Shown: positions 25,296 through 38,633, numbered from the whole stretch's first letter. The stretch is DNA of 63,826 nt, filler included, from Octopus bimaculoides (GCF_001194135.2; 6 parts of 6 records of this genome joined end to end with filler, not necessarily neighbours in it); one strand, 5' to 3'. Notes: a model not told the origin generated them from the letters alone. Made by a program: numbers and translations.

Positions 25296-26304
25296 GTCCG
25301 TGGGGAAATATTACCTTGCTTAGAAACAAGTAAGGGTTGGTAACAAATTCTGCCTGACCCATGCAAGCATGTAAAAGTGGGCATTAAATGATGATTTATT
25401 AGCTTAAATCTCAGCAAGTACCCAGTCAAGCTGGAAAAGCTACATAAAGGGAACTACACAGTTACTATTCTAACACATCATAATTGGATAGTTATCCACT
25501 TATTGAGGAAATCTAGTGAAACAGCACTAAAATATTTACCTATACAATGACATTCAATGGATATAGGGACACTATTTTAACAAACGTTTCGATGCCAACA
25601 TAAGGTTGTATAGATCTGCCAAGTCACATTTGGCACAACACCAACAATACACAATTCTTGCAGAAGTGAAAAACTAGTTTGTGCGGTTTTGTATAACAAC
25701 TGCTGTGGTTTCACAACAGTTCATTGATCTTTATCGCCAGGTCAACTGCTACTAATGCAGTGTGCAATTAGGATTTTTAGTTTCGAGGTTTTGCTTTCTA
25801 TGTAAATGAAGTTAATCTTTTTCCAATAAGTCTGAACAGCATTATCATCACTGCAATGACTATGGCCACCATTACAATCACCACTACCACAAACCATTAT
25901 TATCCTCCCACTATTAACTACCACAATTACTCATATTTTACATTCAGACAACTAGATAGTAAAATGAAAGATCATCACCAACATCGTTTAACATCCATTT
26001 TTCCATGATTGTCTGGGTCAGATGAAACTTGAAGAAATAGATTTTCTACAACTGGATGCTCTTCCTGTCACCAACTCTATATATCTTTTATCTTGTACTT
26101 GTTTCAGTCATTAGACTGCATTCATACCGAGGCACTGCCATGAAGAATTTTAGTCGAATGATTTAACCCCTGTACATATTTTTTTGTAAAGCCTGACGTT
26201 TATTTTGTCTGTCACTTTTGCCAAATTGCTAAGTTACATGGATGTAAACACACCAACACTGGAGGTCAAGCGATGGTGGGGAACAAACAAAGGTACAAAC
26301 ACTC

Positions 26305-26570
26305 ATATATATATATATATATATATATATGAAAATGAGAATGGGTGTCTGTCTGTGTGAATCCCTAAAACTCGAGAACTACGCAACCAATTTCATTCAA
26401 ATTTTACACATGCCTTACTTAGGGTTCCAGTTGTGTTTTAGTCAAAAAAAATTATTAACTTCTTGCAGAGTTCGAGCACACGGCAACATAATATCTCCTC
26501 TACTATTTAAGTATTACGTGTCAAAAGTGAAACAAAAACACTCATGTCAAATACTTTCACTTTAAAAATG
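26305..26570 (+). mobile_element. 5' part of a non-autonomous Helitron, adjoining a SINE A tail (26085-26305) and running into a gap
   Basis: Nearly identical to 38634-38920 (AAAATGAGAATG.GTGTCTGTCTGTGTGAATCCCTAAAACTCGAGAAC...). Confidence 0.8.
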
Positions 26571-26614
26571 NNNNNNNNNNNNNNNNNNNNNNNNNNNNNN
26601 NNNNNNNNNNNNNN

Positions 26615-26626
26615 TTAATTAATTAA
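26615..26626. other. Assembly spacer TTAATTAATTAA inside N gaps (also 30967, 33568, 52641, 62748)
   Basis: The identical 12-mer is centred in N runs five times and carries stops in all six frames; it is artificial. Confidence 0.95.
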
Positions 26627-26670
26627 NNNNNNNNNNNNNNNNNNNNNNNNNNNNNNNNNNNNNNNNNNNN

Positions 26671-29600
26671 GTCGGGTGGTTCTGGCAACGGCCACGCTCA
26701 AAATGGTGTAGTTTACGTGCCAGCTGTACAGGAGCCAGTCCAGCGGGACTGGCAACGAGGGCCATTCAGGCAGTATTGGCAACGTCTACGCTCGAATGGA
26801 CCTTTTTATGTGCTACCGGCACGGCAGCCAGTCAGTGGCCCTGGCAACGATCATGCTCGGATGGTGCTTTTAACGTTCCACTGGCCAATCATGTGGTACT
26901 GTCATTGGCCACGTCAGTGATTTTGATTTCACTTGCCTCAACAGGTCATCACAAGCAAAGTTTATTGTCCAATGAATGAAGGGTACTCATAAGTGGGCTT
27001 GTTATACACCACTGACATAGGCCATGGTCTTACTTGGCTTGTTGGGTCTTCTCAAGCACAGCATATCTCCAAAGGTCTCAATCGCTAGTCATTGCCTTGG
27101 TAAGGCCCATTGTTTGAAGGTTGTGCTTCACCACCTCATCCCAGGTCTTCCTGGGTCTACCTCTTCCAGAGATTCCCTCAACTATTAGGGTGTGACACTT
27201 TTTCACACAGCTGACCTCATCCATTCTCGCCACATGACCATACCAGCGCAGTTATCTCTCTTGCACACCACAACTGATGCTTCTTAGGTTCAACTTTTCT
27301 CTCAAGATACTTACACTCTGTTGGGTATGCACACTAACATTACACATCCAGCGGAGCACACTGGCTTCATTCCTTGCAAGCTTACGCATGTCCTCAGCAG
27401 TCACGGCCCATGTTTCACTGCCATGTAGCATGGCTGTTCGAACACATGCATCATAATCATACAGTCTGCCTTTTACTCTGAGAGAGAGACCCTTTGTCAC
27501 CAGCAGATGTAAGAGCTCTCTAAACTTTGCTCAGGCTATTCTTATTCTAGCAGCTACACTTTCAGAGTATCCACCGCTGCTACTGACTTGGTCACCTAGG
27601 TAGCGAAAACTTGTAGTTTTTCTCCCTGGAATGTGACAGAAGCTGTTCTCTGCACATTTGCAGTGTTTATTGCTCCTGTGCATTTGCCACACACAAAAAC
27701 TATTTTCCCAGTTAGCCTTCCTTTGATATTGCTGCACCTCTTTTGTGTCCATAGCTTACACTGGGTACATCTTATACAGTTTCTACCTACGCCTTTTCTA
27801 CAGACCGAGCAGGGTCATCTACTTGAAGGGATTTGTGGTTTGTCTACCTTCCTACTTTTTTAGACTTTGGTTTTAGCTAGGTTGACTCTAAGGTCCTTTG
27901 ATTCTAGACCTTGCTTCCACACCTGAAAATTTTCCTCTAGTTCTGGTAGTGACTCAGCAATTCGAGCAAGGTTATCAACACAGAGGAGCTCTCAGGGGCA
28001 TCCTGTCTTGAATTCCTCTGTTATTGCCTGGAGGACTTTGATGAATAAGAGGGGGCTGAGAACTGATCTTTGGTGGACCCCTACCCTACCTGGAATTCTA
28101 CAATTTTCTCATTGCCAACCTTACTGACAGCATCCCTGTACATTGCTTGCACAGCTCTCACTAACCATTCATCTATCCCTAGTTTCCTCATTGACCACCA
28201 GATAAGGGATCAGGGGACCCTGTCAAAGGCTTTCTCCATGNNNNNNNNNNGATCAGGGGACCCTGTCAAAGGCTTTCTCCATGTCAACAAAAACCAGGTA
28301 CAGAGGTTTATCTTTGGATAGGTATTTCTCCTGCAGCTGTCTTACCTGAAATATAGCATAAGTGGTGCTTTTCCCTGGCACGAACCCAAGCTGCATCTCA
28401 TCTAAACTGACTCTCTCCCTAATTAGTTGGGCTATGACCCTCTCCTTGACTTTCATTACCTGATCTAACAACTTGATACCTCTGTAATTACTTGTATCTA
28501 AAGCATCACCTTTACCTTTGTAGCAGTTGAGTACGATGCTGCTACACCAGTCATTGGGTATGACTCCTTCATGTGTCACCTGGTTGACTATATGGGTGAC
28601 TAAGCTATAGCCGACACTGCCAGATATTTTGATCATCTTTGTAGTGATTTCAAATGGGCTGGGGGCTTTCCCTGTCTTCATACTCTTGATTGCTTTATCT
28701 ACCATGGTATTGTCAATTCGGATAGGTGGTCCCTCTGTTGGGTCGGCATTCAGCAGACTCTCTTTCTCCCATTCATTCCCTTTATTTAGCAACCTTTCAT
28801 AGTGATGTCTCCAAACCTCTCTATTTGCAGCCTCGCTTAGTGCAAGCGTACCATCATCCATGCGAACACATTTCTCTCTCACGCCATCATGATTCTCACA
28901 CACTGTCTTGCAACACGAAATGCCTCAAGTCCTTGGTCCTCACGACACAGAACATTGGCAAACTTTTTCTCATTTGCTTCTCCTCTGGCTAAGTAAACCT
29001 GTCTCCTAGCTTCCCTTCTGGCAGTCAGATATAATTCCCTGCTACTACCATTCTTCCAGTCCTTCCAAGCCTGTTTCTTTTCCCTAATGGCCCTGTCTAC
29101 GGCACTGTTCCACCACCACCACATTACCATGGGTCGAGAGGGGACTTTGCACCATCCACATCTCTGTTCAGTGGCCCTCAGCAGGTTGTCCCGTAGAAAC
29201 TTTCATTTGTCTTCCACATCATTTGAGAAATACGTCTCTAAATCTTTGTACGTTTGCAGGATCTTTAAGCTTCCAGACCCTTCTCCTCCATGCTGGTTGT
29301 CTTCTGGACATCTATTTAGCCCTGATCCTGAAGTCTCTAACTACTAGTCTATGTTGTGGTGTACATTCTTCACGTGGGAAGGTTTTGACATTTATAAGCA
29401 GCCATCTTTCCCTTTTCCTGGCGAGGATGTAGTCAATTTGGCTAGTGTGTTTACCAGATCGGAAGGTGACTAGGTGATTGGCAGGTTTTCTGAAGTTAGT
29501 ATTGCAAACCGAAAGATCATTTGCATCGCAGAACTCCAACAGCCTGGTTCCCTCCTTATTGCGTGAACCAAAGCCATAGCCTCCATGTACATCATGGAAG

Positions 29601-29830
29601 CCCCCTGCATGTTGTCCAACATGTCCATTGAAGTCACCAACCACAAAGAGAATGTTCCTGTCATTTGTCAACGTGGTAGTCAGCAAGAGGGTGTCATAAA
29701 ATTGGTCTTCCTGTCCATCAGGTATCCCTGGCTGAGGGGCATAGGCCAAGATAATGGCTGCTAACTCATGATGTAGCACTAATCTAATCCTAAGTATTCT
29801 ATTGCAGACTCTGACTACCTCGATTACCTT
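26671..29830 (-). mobile_element. RTE-clade LINE, ~3.1 kb, 5'-truncated within the endonuclease and degenerate
   Basis: APE motifs AYAPQ, VVGDFNGHVG, GFGSRNKEG, SQIDYIL (29312-29779). RT motifs NYRGIKLL, QLGFVPGKSTT, VDMEKAFDRVP (28253-28903), decayed ELLCVDNL, LHGSETW. The 3' UTR repeats run into the gap at 26671. Confidence 0.95.
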
Positions 29831-30166
29831 ATATTTCTATGTGTATATTTCTATATGTTTTTTCTTTGGTGTATTTACATGTACATATGTGTGTTTTTGT
29901 TTTTTGTTTTGGGTGGATGTGTATATACTATGTGTGTTTTGGATGTATATGTGTATAAATGTGTGTATGTTAATTTCGTATATATGTGTGTGTATATATA
30001 TATATGTATATATGTGTGTGTGTTTGTATGTATACATGTATATCCTTATGTATATGTGTGCATGTGTATGCATGTTTTTGTACATGTGTGTATGTATGTG
30101 TGTATATATGTGTGTGTGTCTTTGTATGTATGTATATATGTGAGTATATGTGTGTGTATGTATTTT

Positions 30167-30376
30167 TCTTTTACTCTTTTACTTGTTTCAGTCATTTGAC
30201 TGTGGCCATGCTGGAGCACCGCCTTTAGTCGAGCAAATCGACCCCAGGACTTATTCTTTGTAAGCCTAGTACTTATTCTATCAGTCTCTTTTGCTGAACC
30301 GCTAAGTTATGGGGACATAAACACACCAGCATCGGTTGTCAAGCGATGCTGGGTGGGGGCAAACACAGACACACAA

Positions 30377-30439
<63 letters not shown>

Positions 30440-30497
30440 CGACGAGCTTCTTTCAGTTTCCGTTTACCAAATCCACTCACAAGGCTTTGGTCGGCCC
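30167..30497 (-). mobile_element. SINE family A, 5'-truncated
   Basis: Tail and body close to the family consensus. Confidence 0.9.
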
Positions 30498-30635
30498 ATA
30501 TATATTTATTTATATATCAAATATGTATATATATGTGTGTGTGTGTGTACTTGTATGTGCATGTTTGTTTTATGTATGTGTTTGTAGGTGTGTATGTAGC
30601 GAGCTTATGGACCTAAGAGCTCCACATCAGCTCCT

Positions 30636-30922
30636 TTGCTTTCCAAGGAGTCTTCCACCCTGTTTACTAAATCAACAGAAATCACAGGTCGCTGGATCGA
30701 ACACTTCTCTGAACTCCTAAACCATGAGTCAGTTGTGGATGAAACAGTGATTGATACTATGCAACAAAGACCTATCATTGGCTCCTTAGACTCTTCGCCC
30801 TCAATAGATGAAGTAATGACATCAATAAGTAAATTGAATCTTAGTAGGGCACCTGGAAAGGATGGAATTTGTGCTGAGGTCTTGCGATTTGGTGGTAATT
30901 ACATCACACAGTCCCTTCATGA
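30636..30922 (+). mobile_element. Fragment of a second RTE-type (BovB-like) LINE, EN-RT linker and RT start
   Basis: RWIEHFSELLN...PSIDEVMTSISKLNLSRAPGKDGICAEVLRFGG; ends at a gap. Confidence 0.8.
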
Positions 30923-31399
30923 NNNNNNNNNNNNNNNNNNNNNNNNNNNNNNNNNNNNNNNNNNNNTTAATTAATTAANNNNNNNNNNNNNNNNNNNNNN
31001 NNNNNNNNNNNNNNNNNNNNNNATACTTATACATAAATAAAAATATATACATATATATATACTTATACATAAATAAAAATATATACATATATATATACTT
31101 ATACATAAATAAAAATATATACATATATAAACACACATGTGTGTATATAGACGTGCATATATGTACACGTATGTATATATCTACTTATATGTGTAAGTGC
31201 ATAAATGTGCGTGTGTGTATATATATGTATGTCCACATATGTATATATATAAATGTGTACATACATTCATACACACATTATAGCAATGTAAGGCTGTTTA
31301 TTTATCTATCTATCTATCTATCTATCTCACAGCCTTGTGAGTGGATTTGGTAGACGGAAACTGAAAGAAGCCCGTTGCATTATATATATATATATATGT

Positions 31400-31700
31400 G
31401 TGTGTGTTGGTATTCCGTCGCTTACGATGTCGAGGGTTCCAGTTGATCCGATCAACGGAACAGCCTGTTCGTGAAATTAACGTGAAAGTGGCTGAGCACT
31501 CCACAGACACGTGTACCTTTAACGTAGTTCTCGGGGAGATTCAGCGTGACACAGAATGTGACAAGGCTGACCCCTTTGAATTACAGGCGCAACAGAAACA
31601 GGAAGTAAGAGTGAGAGAAAGTTGTGGTGAAAGAGTACAGCAGGGTTCGCCACCATCCCCTGCCGGAGCCTCGTGGAGCTTTTAGGTGTTTTCGCTCAAT
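31400..31700 (-). mobile_element. SINE sharing the family C upstream body but with a different 3' module
   Basis: 31590-31700 matches 19590-19685. 31400-31580 instead matches 55366-55530. Confidence 0.8.
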
Positions 31701-32696
31701 NNNNNNNNNNNNNNNNNNNNNNNNNNNNNNNNNNNNNNNNNNNNNNNNNNNNNNNNNNNNNNNNNNNNNNNNNNNNNNNNNNNNNNNNNNNNNNNNNNNN
31801 NNNNNNNNNNNNNNNNNNNNNNNNNNNNNNNNNNNNNNNNNNNNNNNNNNNNNNNNNNNNNNNNNNNNNNNNNNNNNNNNNNNNNNNNNNNNNNNNNNNN
31901 NNNNNNNNNNNNNNNNNNNNNNNNNNNNNNNNNNNNNNNNNNNNNNNNNNNNNNNNNNNNNNNNNNNNNNNNNNNNNNNNNNNNNNNNNNNNNNNNNNNN
32001 NNNNNNNNNNNNNNNNNNNNNNNNNNNNNNNNNNNNNNNNNNNNNNNNNNNNNNNNNNNNNNNNNNNNNNNNNNNNNNNNNNNNNNNNNNNNNNNNNNNN
32101 NNNNNNNNNNNNNNNNNNNNNNNNNNNNNNNNNNNNNNNNNNNNNNNNNNNNNNNNNNNNNNNNNNNNNNNNNNNNNNNNNNNNNNNNNNNNNNNNNNNN
32201 NNNNNNNNNNNNNNNNNNNNNNNNNNNNNNNNNNNNNNNNNNNNNNNNNNNNNNNNNNNNNNNNNNNNNNNNNNNNNNNNNNNNNNNNNNNNNNNNNNNN
32301 NNNNNNNNNNNNNNNNNNNNNNNNNNNNNNNNNNNNNNNNNNNNNNNNNNNNNNNNNNNNNNNNNNNNNNNNNNNNNNNNNNNNNNNNNNNNNNNNNNNN
32401 NNNNNNNNNNNNNNNNNNNNNNNNNNNNNNNNNNNNNNNNNNNNNNNNNNNNNNNNNNNNNNNNNNNNNNNNNNNNNNNNNNNNNNNNNNNNNNNNNNNN
32501 NNNNNNNNNNNNNNNNNNNNNNNNNNNNNNNNNNNNNNNNNNNNNNATATTCCAAAAAATGTTCAGACGGTAAATATTTCTAAAGAAAAACAAGATCGGC
32601 TTACCAGCTGCGCGCAAGCGTGTGTGTGTGTATGTGTGTGTGTGTGTGTGTGTATGTGTGTGCGTGTGTGTGTGTATGTGTGTGTGTGTGTGTGTG

Positions 32697-33000
32697 TGTC
32701 AGTGGTTAGAGCATCGGGGCTCACAATCATGTGGTAGTGAGTTCGATTTCCGGGCCGGATTGTGAGCAAGACACTTTATTTCACGTTGCTCCAGTTCACT
32801 CAGCTGCAGAAACGAGTTATGACGTCAGTGGTGCCAAGCTGTATCGGCCCCTTTGCCTTTCCCTTGGATAACATCGGTGGAGTGGAGAGGGTAGTCTGTA
32901 TACGTGGGTGACTGCTGGTCTTCCGTAAACAACCTTGCTCCGGACTCGTGCTCCGGACGCGAAATTTCTACGTGCAACCCATGATCATTTATAATAGAAG
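32697..33000 (+). mobile_element. tRNA-derived SINE, family D, with CORE-like central segment
   Basis: GTCAGTGGTTAGAGC (A-box), GAGTTCGATTTCC (B-box), then GAGCAAGACACTTTATTTCACGTTGCTCCAGTTCACTCAGCTG. Related copies at 46273-46685(-). The CORE assignment is from memory of the consensus. Confidence 0.7.
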
Positions 33001-33209
33001 GCGGTTTTGCATGTATGTATGTATGTATGTATGTATGTATGTGTGTATGTATGTATGTATGTATGTATGTATGTGTGTATGTATGCTGGTGTCATTCATT
33101 CCTCGTTTCAAATAGTTGAAAATCAGGATGCGAATATCTCCATAACATATTTCCATTTACACATACACACAAAATTATATATGTGTATGTATGTGTATAT
33201 ATAAACATA

Positions 33210-33256
<47 letters not shown>

Positions 33257-33489
33257 TGAATTCATGACTATATATATCTATATGTGTATATGTATATGTA
33301 CGAATTTATGAATATATATATACATATATAAATATATATGTGTATGTATATATATGTGTATATATATATATATATATATGTGTATGTATATGTATTTGTG
33401 TAGAGCGAGAGAAGTATACATTGACGAGCTGTCAAAAGAGGATAGTAATATTTTTCTACACACATACACATACACATTTATGTATATAC

Positions 33490-33523
<34 letters not shown>

Positions 33524-33623
33524 NNNNNNNNNNNNNNNNNNNNNNNNNNNNNNNNNNNNNNNNNNNNTTAATTAATTAANNNNNNNNNNNNNNNNNNNNN
33601 NNNNNNNNNNNNNNNNNNNNNNN

Positions 33624-33895
33624 CCTAGTATTTGAAAATCCAAATCTGATTATATGTGTGTTGATAATCTTACCATAGTGTGAGCTCCTTGGGAAGTGTC
33701 TACCTATCACTTCTCTAAACGTAGCTATCAGATTACTCCTGATATTTCTCCCAAATGGGATTATGAGCCAGATTTTATTATCCTTATTACTATCCTCATG
33801 GTTATTAATGTTGTTTTTAAAGAATTTTAAGTTACCTATGTTGTTTTTATGAGGGTACTTTGATTTATTTAGTTTATTTACTTTGTGTTTATTCC

Positions 33896-33947
<52 letters not shown>

Positions 33948-34065
33948 GTTGTTGTTGTTGTCAGTTGTTTCAATTCCTTTGCTACCATTTTCAATATAGG
34001 AGACCCTTTCTTTATATCCTGCCTTATTTAGTGCTGCATTATAGAAATTAGCTTCATTATTATAT
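33624..34065 (-). mobile_element. Penelope-like (Naiad-type) RT-to-GIY-YIG linker fragment with in-frame poly-Asn
   Basis: YNAALNKAGYKERVSY...IWLIIPFGRNIRSNLIATFREVIGRHFPRSSHYGKIINTHIIRFGFS parallels the PLE linker pattern (IWFNPP.S.NV.TN.GK.FL.LIDKHFP..H.L.KIFN..TVK.SYS). Ends at a gap. Confidence 0.75.
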
Positions 34066-34163
34066 ATACACAAATATGTATACGTATATATATATACACA
34101 AATATGTATACGTATATACATACATATATATGTATATATGCATACATATATATATGTATATAT

Positions 34164-34744
34164 AGTTGTGAGATAGGAATTTCAAATTCAAGCATCCATC
34201 ACATTTTGAAATGTTGTTATATTTCAAGAATAGTCCATGATCTGAATGAAGATGATTTTGACTGAAGGTGGAATTTTGTAAATGGCACTTAGAAAATGTG
34301 TAGAAGGTACATTTTCCAACAAACCTTGCTCAGAGTGATGAGGTATTATTTAAATTAAATAGTTCGATTAACCACCACAAATGCACCTCCTGGGGACCTG
34401 AGAATCTGCATATTACAGACAACCATCATGTTAATTTTCCATGAGTCACAATGTGGTGTGGCTTATCATCAAAAGGAAGAATTGAACCATTCTTTTGAAA
34501 CAGTACTGTGACTGGTCCCATTTACTTGAACTGGCTGTAACAATCTGTCAATGCAAGCATCCAAGAGGACTTTGACAATATGAAGTTTATTTCCAGCAAG
34601 ACAGGGTGCCCAGCACTATCACAGTAATGTAAGGGCCAATCTTGATGAGGTTTTGCCAAATAGGCGAACTGGATGAAGAGTTTCAGCAGAAAACCCTCCA
34701 TGGTCACCAGAACTCACACCACTAGACTTTTTTTAATGGGGATA
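34164..34744 (+). mobile_element. IS630-Tc1-mariner transposase relic (DDD type)
   Basis: Degenerate translation: DLNEDDFD.R.EFC, SDE..FKLN..IN.H.C..W..ENLH, VT.WCGLSS.G.I.PFF, FQQD, SPELTPLDFF..G. Confidence 0.8.
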
Positions 34745-34867
34745 CTTCACCACTTAGCATTTATACTGACCATATCTGGCCAAAATATTTTATCTGTTTT
34801 ATGTTCAAATTGGCTAAATCTTGTTTCTCACACTTGACCTACAATGTCACTCTAAAAATAAACAATC

Positions 34868-35158
34868 TGTTGTGTGAAAGTATGATGTCCCCTGGCAAGA
34901 ATGGACTGGACCACTACATATAAATAGTAGCAGTCTAAGTAAGTGAGGCAGTTCATGTTGGAGGGCAGTTTTGTGCTAGTTCCACAGTTCATGGGTTTAT
35001 AGTAAAAGTTGAAGTTCAAAGTTTACAGTTTGAGTTGGTGGGTTGGATTGCTAGTTCTTAAAAGATTGTTGTTATGTTATGTTGTGTGTGGTTGCTGCTG
35101 TCTGTTTCCCTTATATCATCATTACACTGTTGCAGTGTATTTATTTATCTATAAGGAC
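34868..35158 (+). repeat. Gypsy 5' LTR
   Basis: Starts TGTTGTG and aligns with 41205-41488. Contains TATAAATAG. Its 3' end appears deleted. Confidence 0.92.
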
Positions 35159-36141
35159 AAGGATCGTTCAAAACTCACATTGGTTATTTTGACAAATTCT
35201 GCATCATGGAAAACCTATTAGCCACAGTAGTAGAGCTTCAAGATGTGGTATGATGTCAGCAACTGGGGAGCTGACCGCTGACTGGAACTGTGAACTGACC
35301 AGAATGGGGAGCTACTGGAAGAGGAAGAGGGGCAGAGGGAGCCTCAATTGGGATTTCGTGCCCTTTTCGAACGGGGTTGTTGTGATGAGAGGACGTGCCA
35401 AGCGATCATCTAGGTGTTGGGGAATCAGCTGTTATTTCTAGCGTTCTTCGGGTCAGGCCAGCCGCGAGGATCAGATACCGCAGGACAGACTCGTGCAAGG
35501 GAAGGAAAATGAGGTAAGCCGATTACTTCTACTCACATGCATACACCACACAAGAGAAGCAACAGGAACAACTACAGGAGTTGCAAAAACAAATACTACA
35601 ATAACAACAACAACAATTAATTGAGTTACAGTCAGCAAAGTCCAAAAATCCAGGAAGCTTATTTATGTTTCCTGTGTATTATAAGAAGATATGAGCAATT
35701 TTTAACAATGAATACAAGTCATGATCAGAGGAGCAGAAAGTAAGGCTTTTATTATGCAAATTAGCTCCTACCAAACATGAGCGTTACTGCAACTTTATTC
35801 TGCCCAAAAAGTCAAGTGAGAATGGTTTCCAAGAAACCATGGAACTGCTTTCAAAAAGTTTTTGTGATAGAAGTTCATTATTCAACACCAGAATGGAGTG
35901 TTGGAACTTAACAAAAAATAAGGGGGAGGATTTGATCCCCTACGCCGGAATAATCAACCGTATGTGCAAAAATTTCAAACTCTAGGTTCTCACTCAGGAT
36001 ATGTTCAAATCGTGCAAGGACTTACAGCACCTGAAGATAGAGAAATTCAGGCAAGGATTCTCTCAAAAATGGAGCAAATGAATTAGAATTTATCTCTACA
36101 GACCATTGCAGAAAAATGTCAGACTATGGTAAATCTTAAAC

Positions 36142-36543
36142 ATGATGTGTAAAAAGTATAAGATAAAGACTGTAAAAATTCAAATGTGTCGTCCCAGGAA
36201 GCACAATCACAAAAAAGTATCAGGCCCCAATCTGTGTTATAGTTGTGGTGGCCTACACTACAAAAAGGATTGTCTGTTCAAAAACAAAAAGTGGTATAGT
36301 TGTCAGAAGTTGGGACACAGGAGTTCTCATTGTAGAACAAGACTAGAAGGTTCAAACACAAAAAGTTCTAAAGTGTTTTCAGTAGAGAGTGATTGTAGCA
36401 GAAAAACAAGAAAACTCGTGCACATAAAAATAAATGATGTGAATACCAAATTTCAGTTAGACGCAGGTAGTGACATCTTGATTAGAAATGCAGATACTTG
36501 GAGAAAATTGGCAAACCGAAATTACGTAAAACAGCAAAATTAG
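36142..36543 (+). pseudogene. Gypsy gag zinc knuckles and aspartic protease
   Basis: CYSCGGLHYKKDC and (W)YSCQKLGHRSSHC knuckles; protease active-site-like FQLDAGSD. Confidence 0.88.
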
Positions 36544-36767
36544 TGTGTGGTGTAACATTTCATGGGCAAAACCTATCGACATTTTGAGGTGAGACACATG
36601 AAGCAAAATTATTCATTGTGGATACTACAATCAATTTGTTTGGCACAGATTGGTTGGAACTATTTAATTTATGGTATATCCCCATTAATCTTTACTGCAA
36701 TAAATAGTTGTCCTGTTAAAAACAAGTCTTCGGAAGAACTGGAGAAAAAACTGAAAAAAATGTTGCC

Positions 36768-36943
36768 GCAAGAGTGGCTGTGTGATAAGTAGCTTGCTTA
36801 CCAACCACATGGTCCTGAGTTCAGTCTCACTGCATGGCACCTTGGGCAAGTGTCTTTTACTATAGCCTCGGGTCGACCAAAACCTTGTGAGTGGATTTGG
36901 TAGACGGAAACTGAAAGAACCTCATCGTATATATGTAAGTATA

Positions 36944-36976
<33 letters not shown>

Positions 36977-37214
36977 GTGTGTGAGTGTGTATGTGTGTGT
37001 ATATGTTTGTGTGTTTGTGTTTGTTCCCCCAACATCGCTTGACAACCGATGCTGGTGTGTTTACATCCCCGTACTTAGCAGTTTGGCAAAAAAAGACCGA
37101 TAGAATAAGTACTAGGCTTACAAACAATAAGTCCTGGGGTCGATTTGCTCGACTAAATGTGGTGCTCCAGCATGGCCACAGTCAAATGACTAAAACAAGT
37201 AAAAGAGTAAAAAG
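36768..37214 (+). mobile_element. SINE family A, full length, inserted in Gypsy pol
   Basis: Interrupts ELEKKLKKM(LP)...VLSEDLGLC between the protease and RT. Confidence 0.93.
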
Positions 37215-37219
37215 AACAG

Positions 37220-38480
37220 GTGTTATCTGAGGATTTAGGTCTATGTAGAGAGACAGAAGCCTATTTTCAAGTAAGTGAAAACGTGGTACCTATATTTAAA
37301 GCAAACAGAAAAGTACCATCTGCCCCAACTGAAACCGTAAATGAAGAGTTGGACAGCCTCAAAAAGAGTGGAGTCATCAAAAAGGTAGATTACTCGAAGT
37401 GGGCAGCACCCATGGTATGAAAAAGAAGTATAAGATTAGGCTGTATGTCAATTTCTCTACAGGATTAAATGACTACTTAAAAACGTACCACCATCCATTA
37501 TTGACTGCAGAGGACATTTTTTCAAAGTTAAATGGTGGAAAATTTTTTTCCAAGTTAGATCTGTCTGAAGCCTATTTACAGATAAAAGTAAATGAAAAAT
37601 GCTCAAAGTATTTGACATTAAATACACACAGAGGATTGTTCAGATGCACACGATTACCTTTTGGATTAAAAGTAGCACCAGCAATGTTCCAGCAAATCAT
37701 GGATACTATGTTATCTGGTTGTGAATTTGCAATCCTGTACTTGGATGATATTCTGATCTAGAATAATTCTCATGAACAGTATGTGGAACATACAAAAGCT
37801 GTTTAAGAAAATTAAAGTTTGGGGTTTACTTTGAGTAAAGAAAAATGCGAATTCTTTCTACCCCACATTAAGTATTAAGGGCAAATAATTGACAGAAGTG
37901 ATAGATGTCCTGACCTGTTGAAGGCAGATGCTTGCACCAAAGCATTTCTTGGGTTGGCAAACTGCTACCAAAACTACATTCCTAATATGCACAAGTTAAG
38001 AGTTCCATTGAATGACTTATTAAAAAGAGGAGTAAAGTGGAATTGGTCCACTAAATGCCAGAACACTTCTGAAGAAATAAGAAAAATTCTAATCTCAGGC
38101 CTGTTGTTAGCACATTACGATCCTGAAATGGACATCATTGTAGTGGCTGATGCTTCTGAACATGGATTAGGTGCAGTTCTACTTCATAAATAGGAAGACG
38201 GAAGTACAAAACCGGTGGTTCATGTCTCGCGCTTGCTAATAGCAGCAGAGAAGAGATGTAGTGAAATTGAAAAGGTAGCCCTAGGATTTATTTTTGCAGT
38301 TAAAAAATTGCACAGGTTTTTGCATGGCAGAAGTTTTTTATTGCAAACAGACCATAGATCTTGGCTGTTGATTTTATGGGCCTAAAAAAGGGTTACTGAC
38401 TCAAACTGCAAACTGCCTATAACGCTGGGGTGTAATATTACTAAATTATAATTTCAAACGGCAATACATTCCATCGAAAG
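37220..38480 (+). pseudogene. Gypsy reverse transcriptase and RNase H
   Basis: YSKWAAPMV, FSKLDLSEAYLQI, RLPFGLKVAPAMFQ, YLDD; AFLGLANCY, LLAHYDP, VADASEHGLGAVLLH, LQTDHR. Confidence 0.93.
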
Positions 38481-38633
38481 AATCAGTCAGGCGGATTGCC
38501 TTTTGAGATTAAAAAAATATGGAACCTCTAGAAGAAACTGTTATAGGCAGGTAAAAAGTGAAATTAAAGGTGTTATGACAAATGTTATCCAAGTACTACC
38601 AGTGACTAACAGGATATAAAAATAAAGGCTGTA

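Noticed and set aside
28208-28283. Direct repeat GATCAGGGGACCCTGTCAAAGGCTTTCTCCATG either side of a 10-N gap
   Set aside because: Overlapping contig ends, an assembly artefact.
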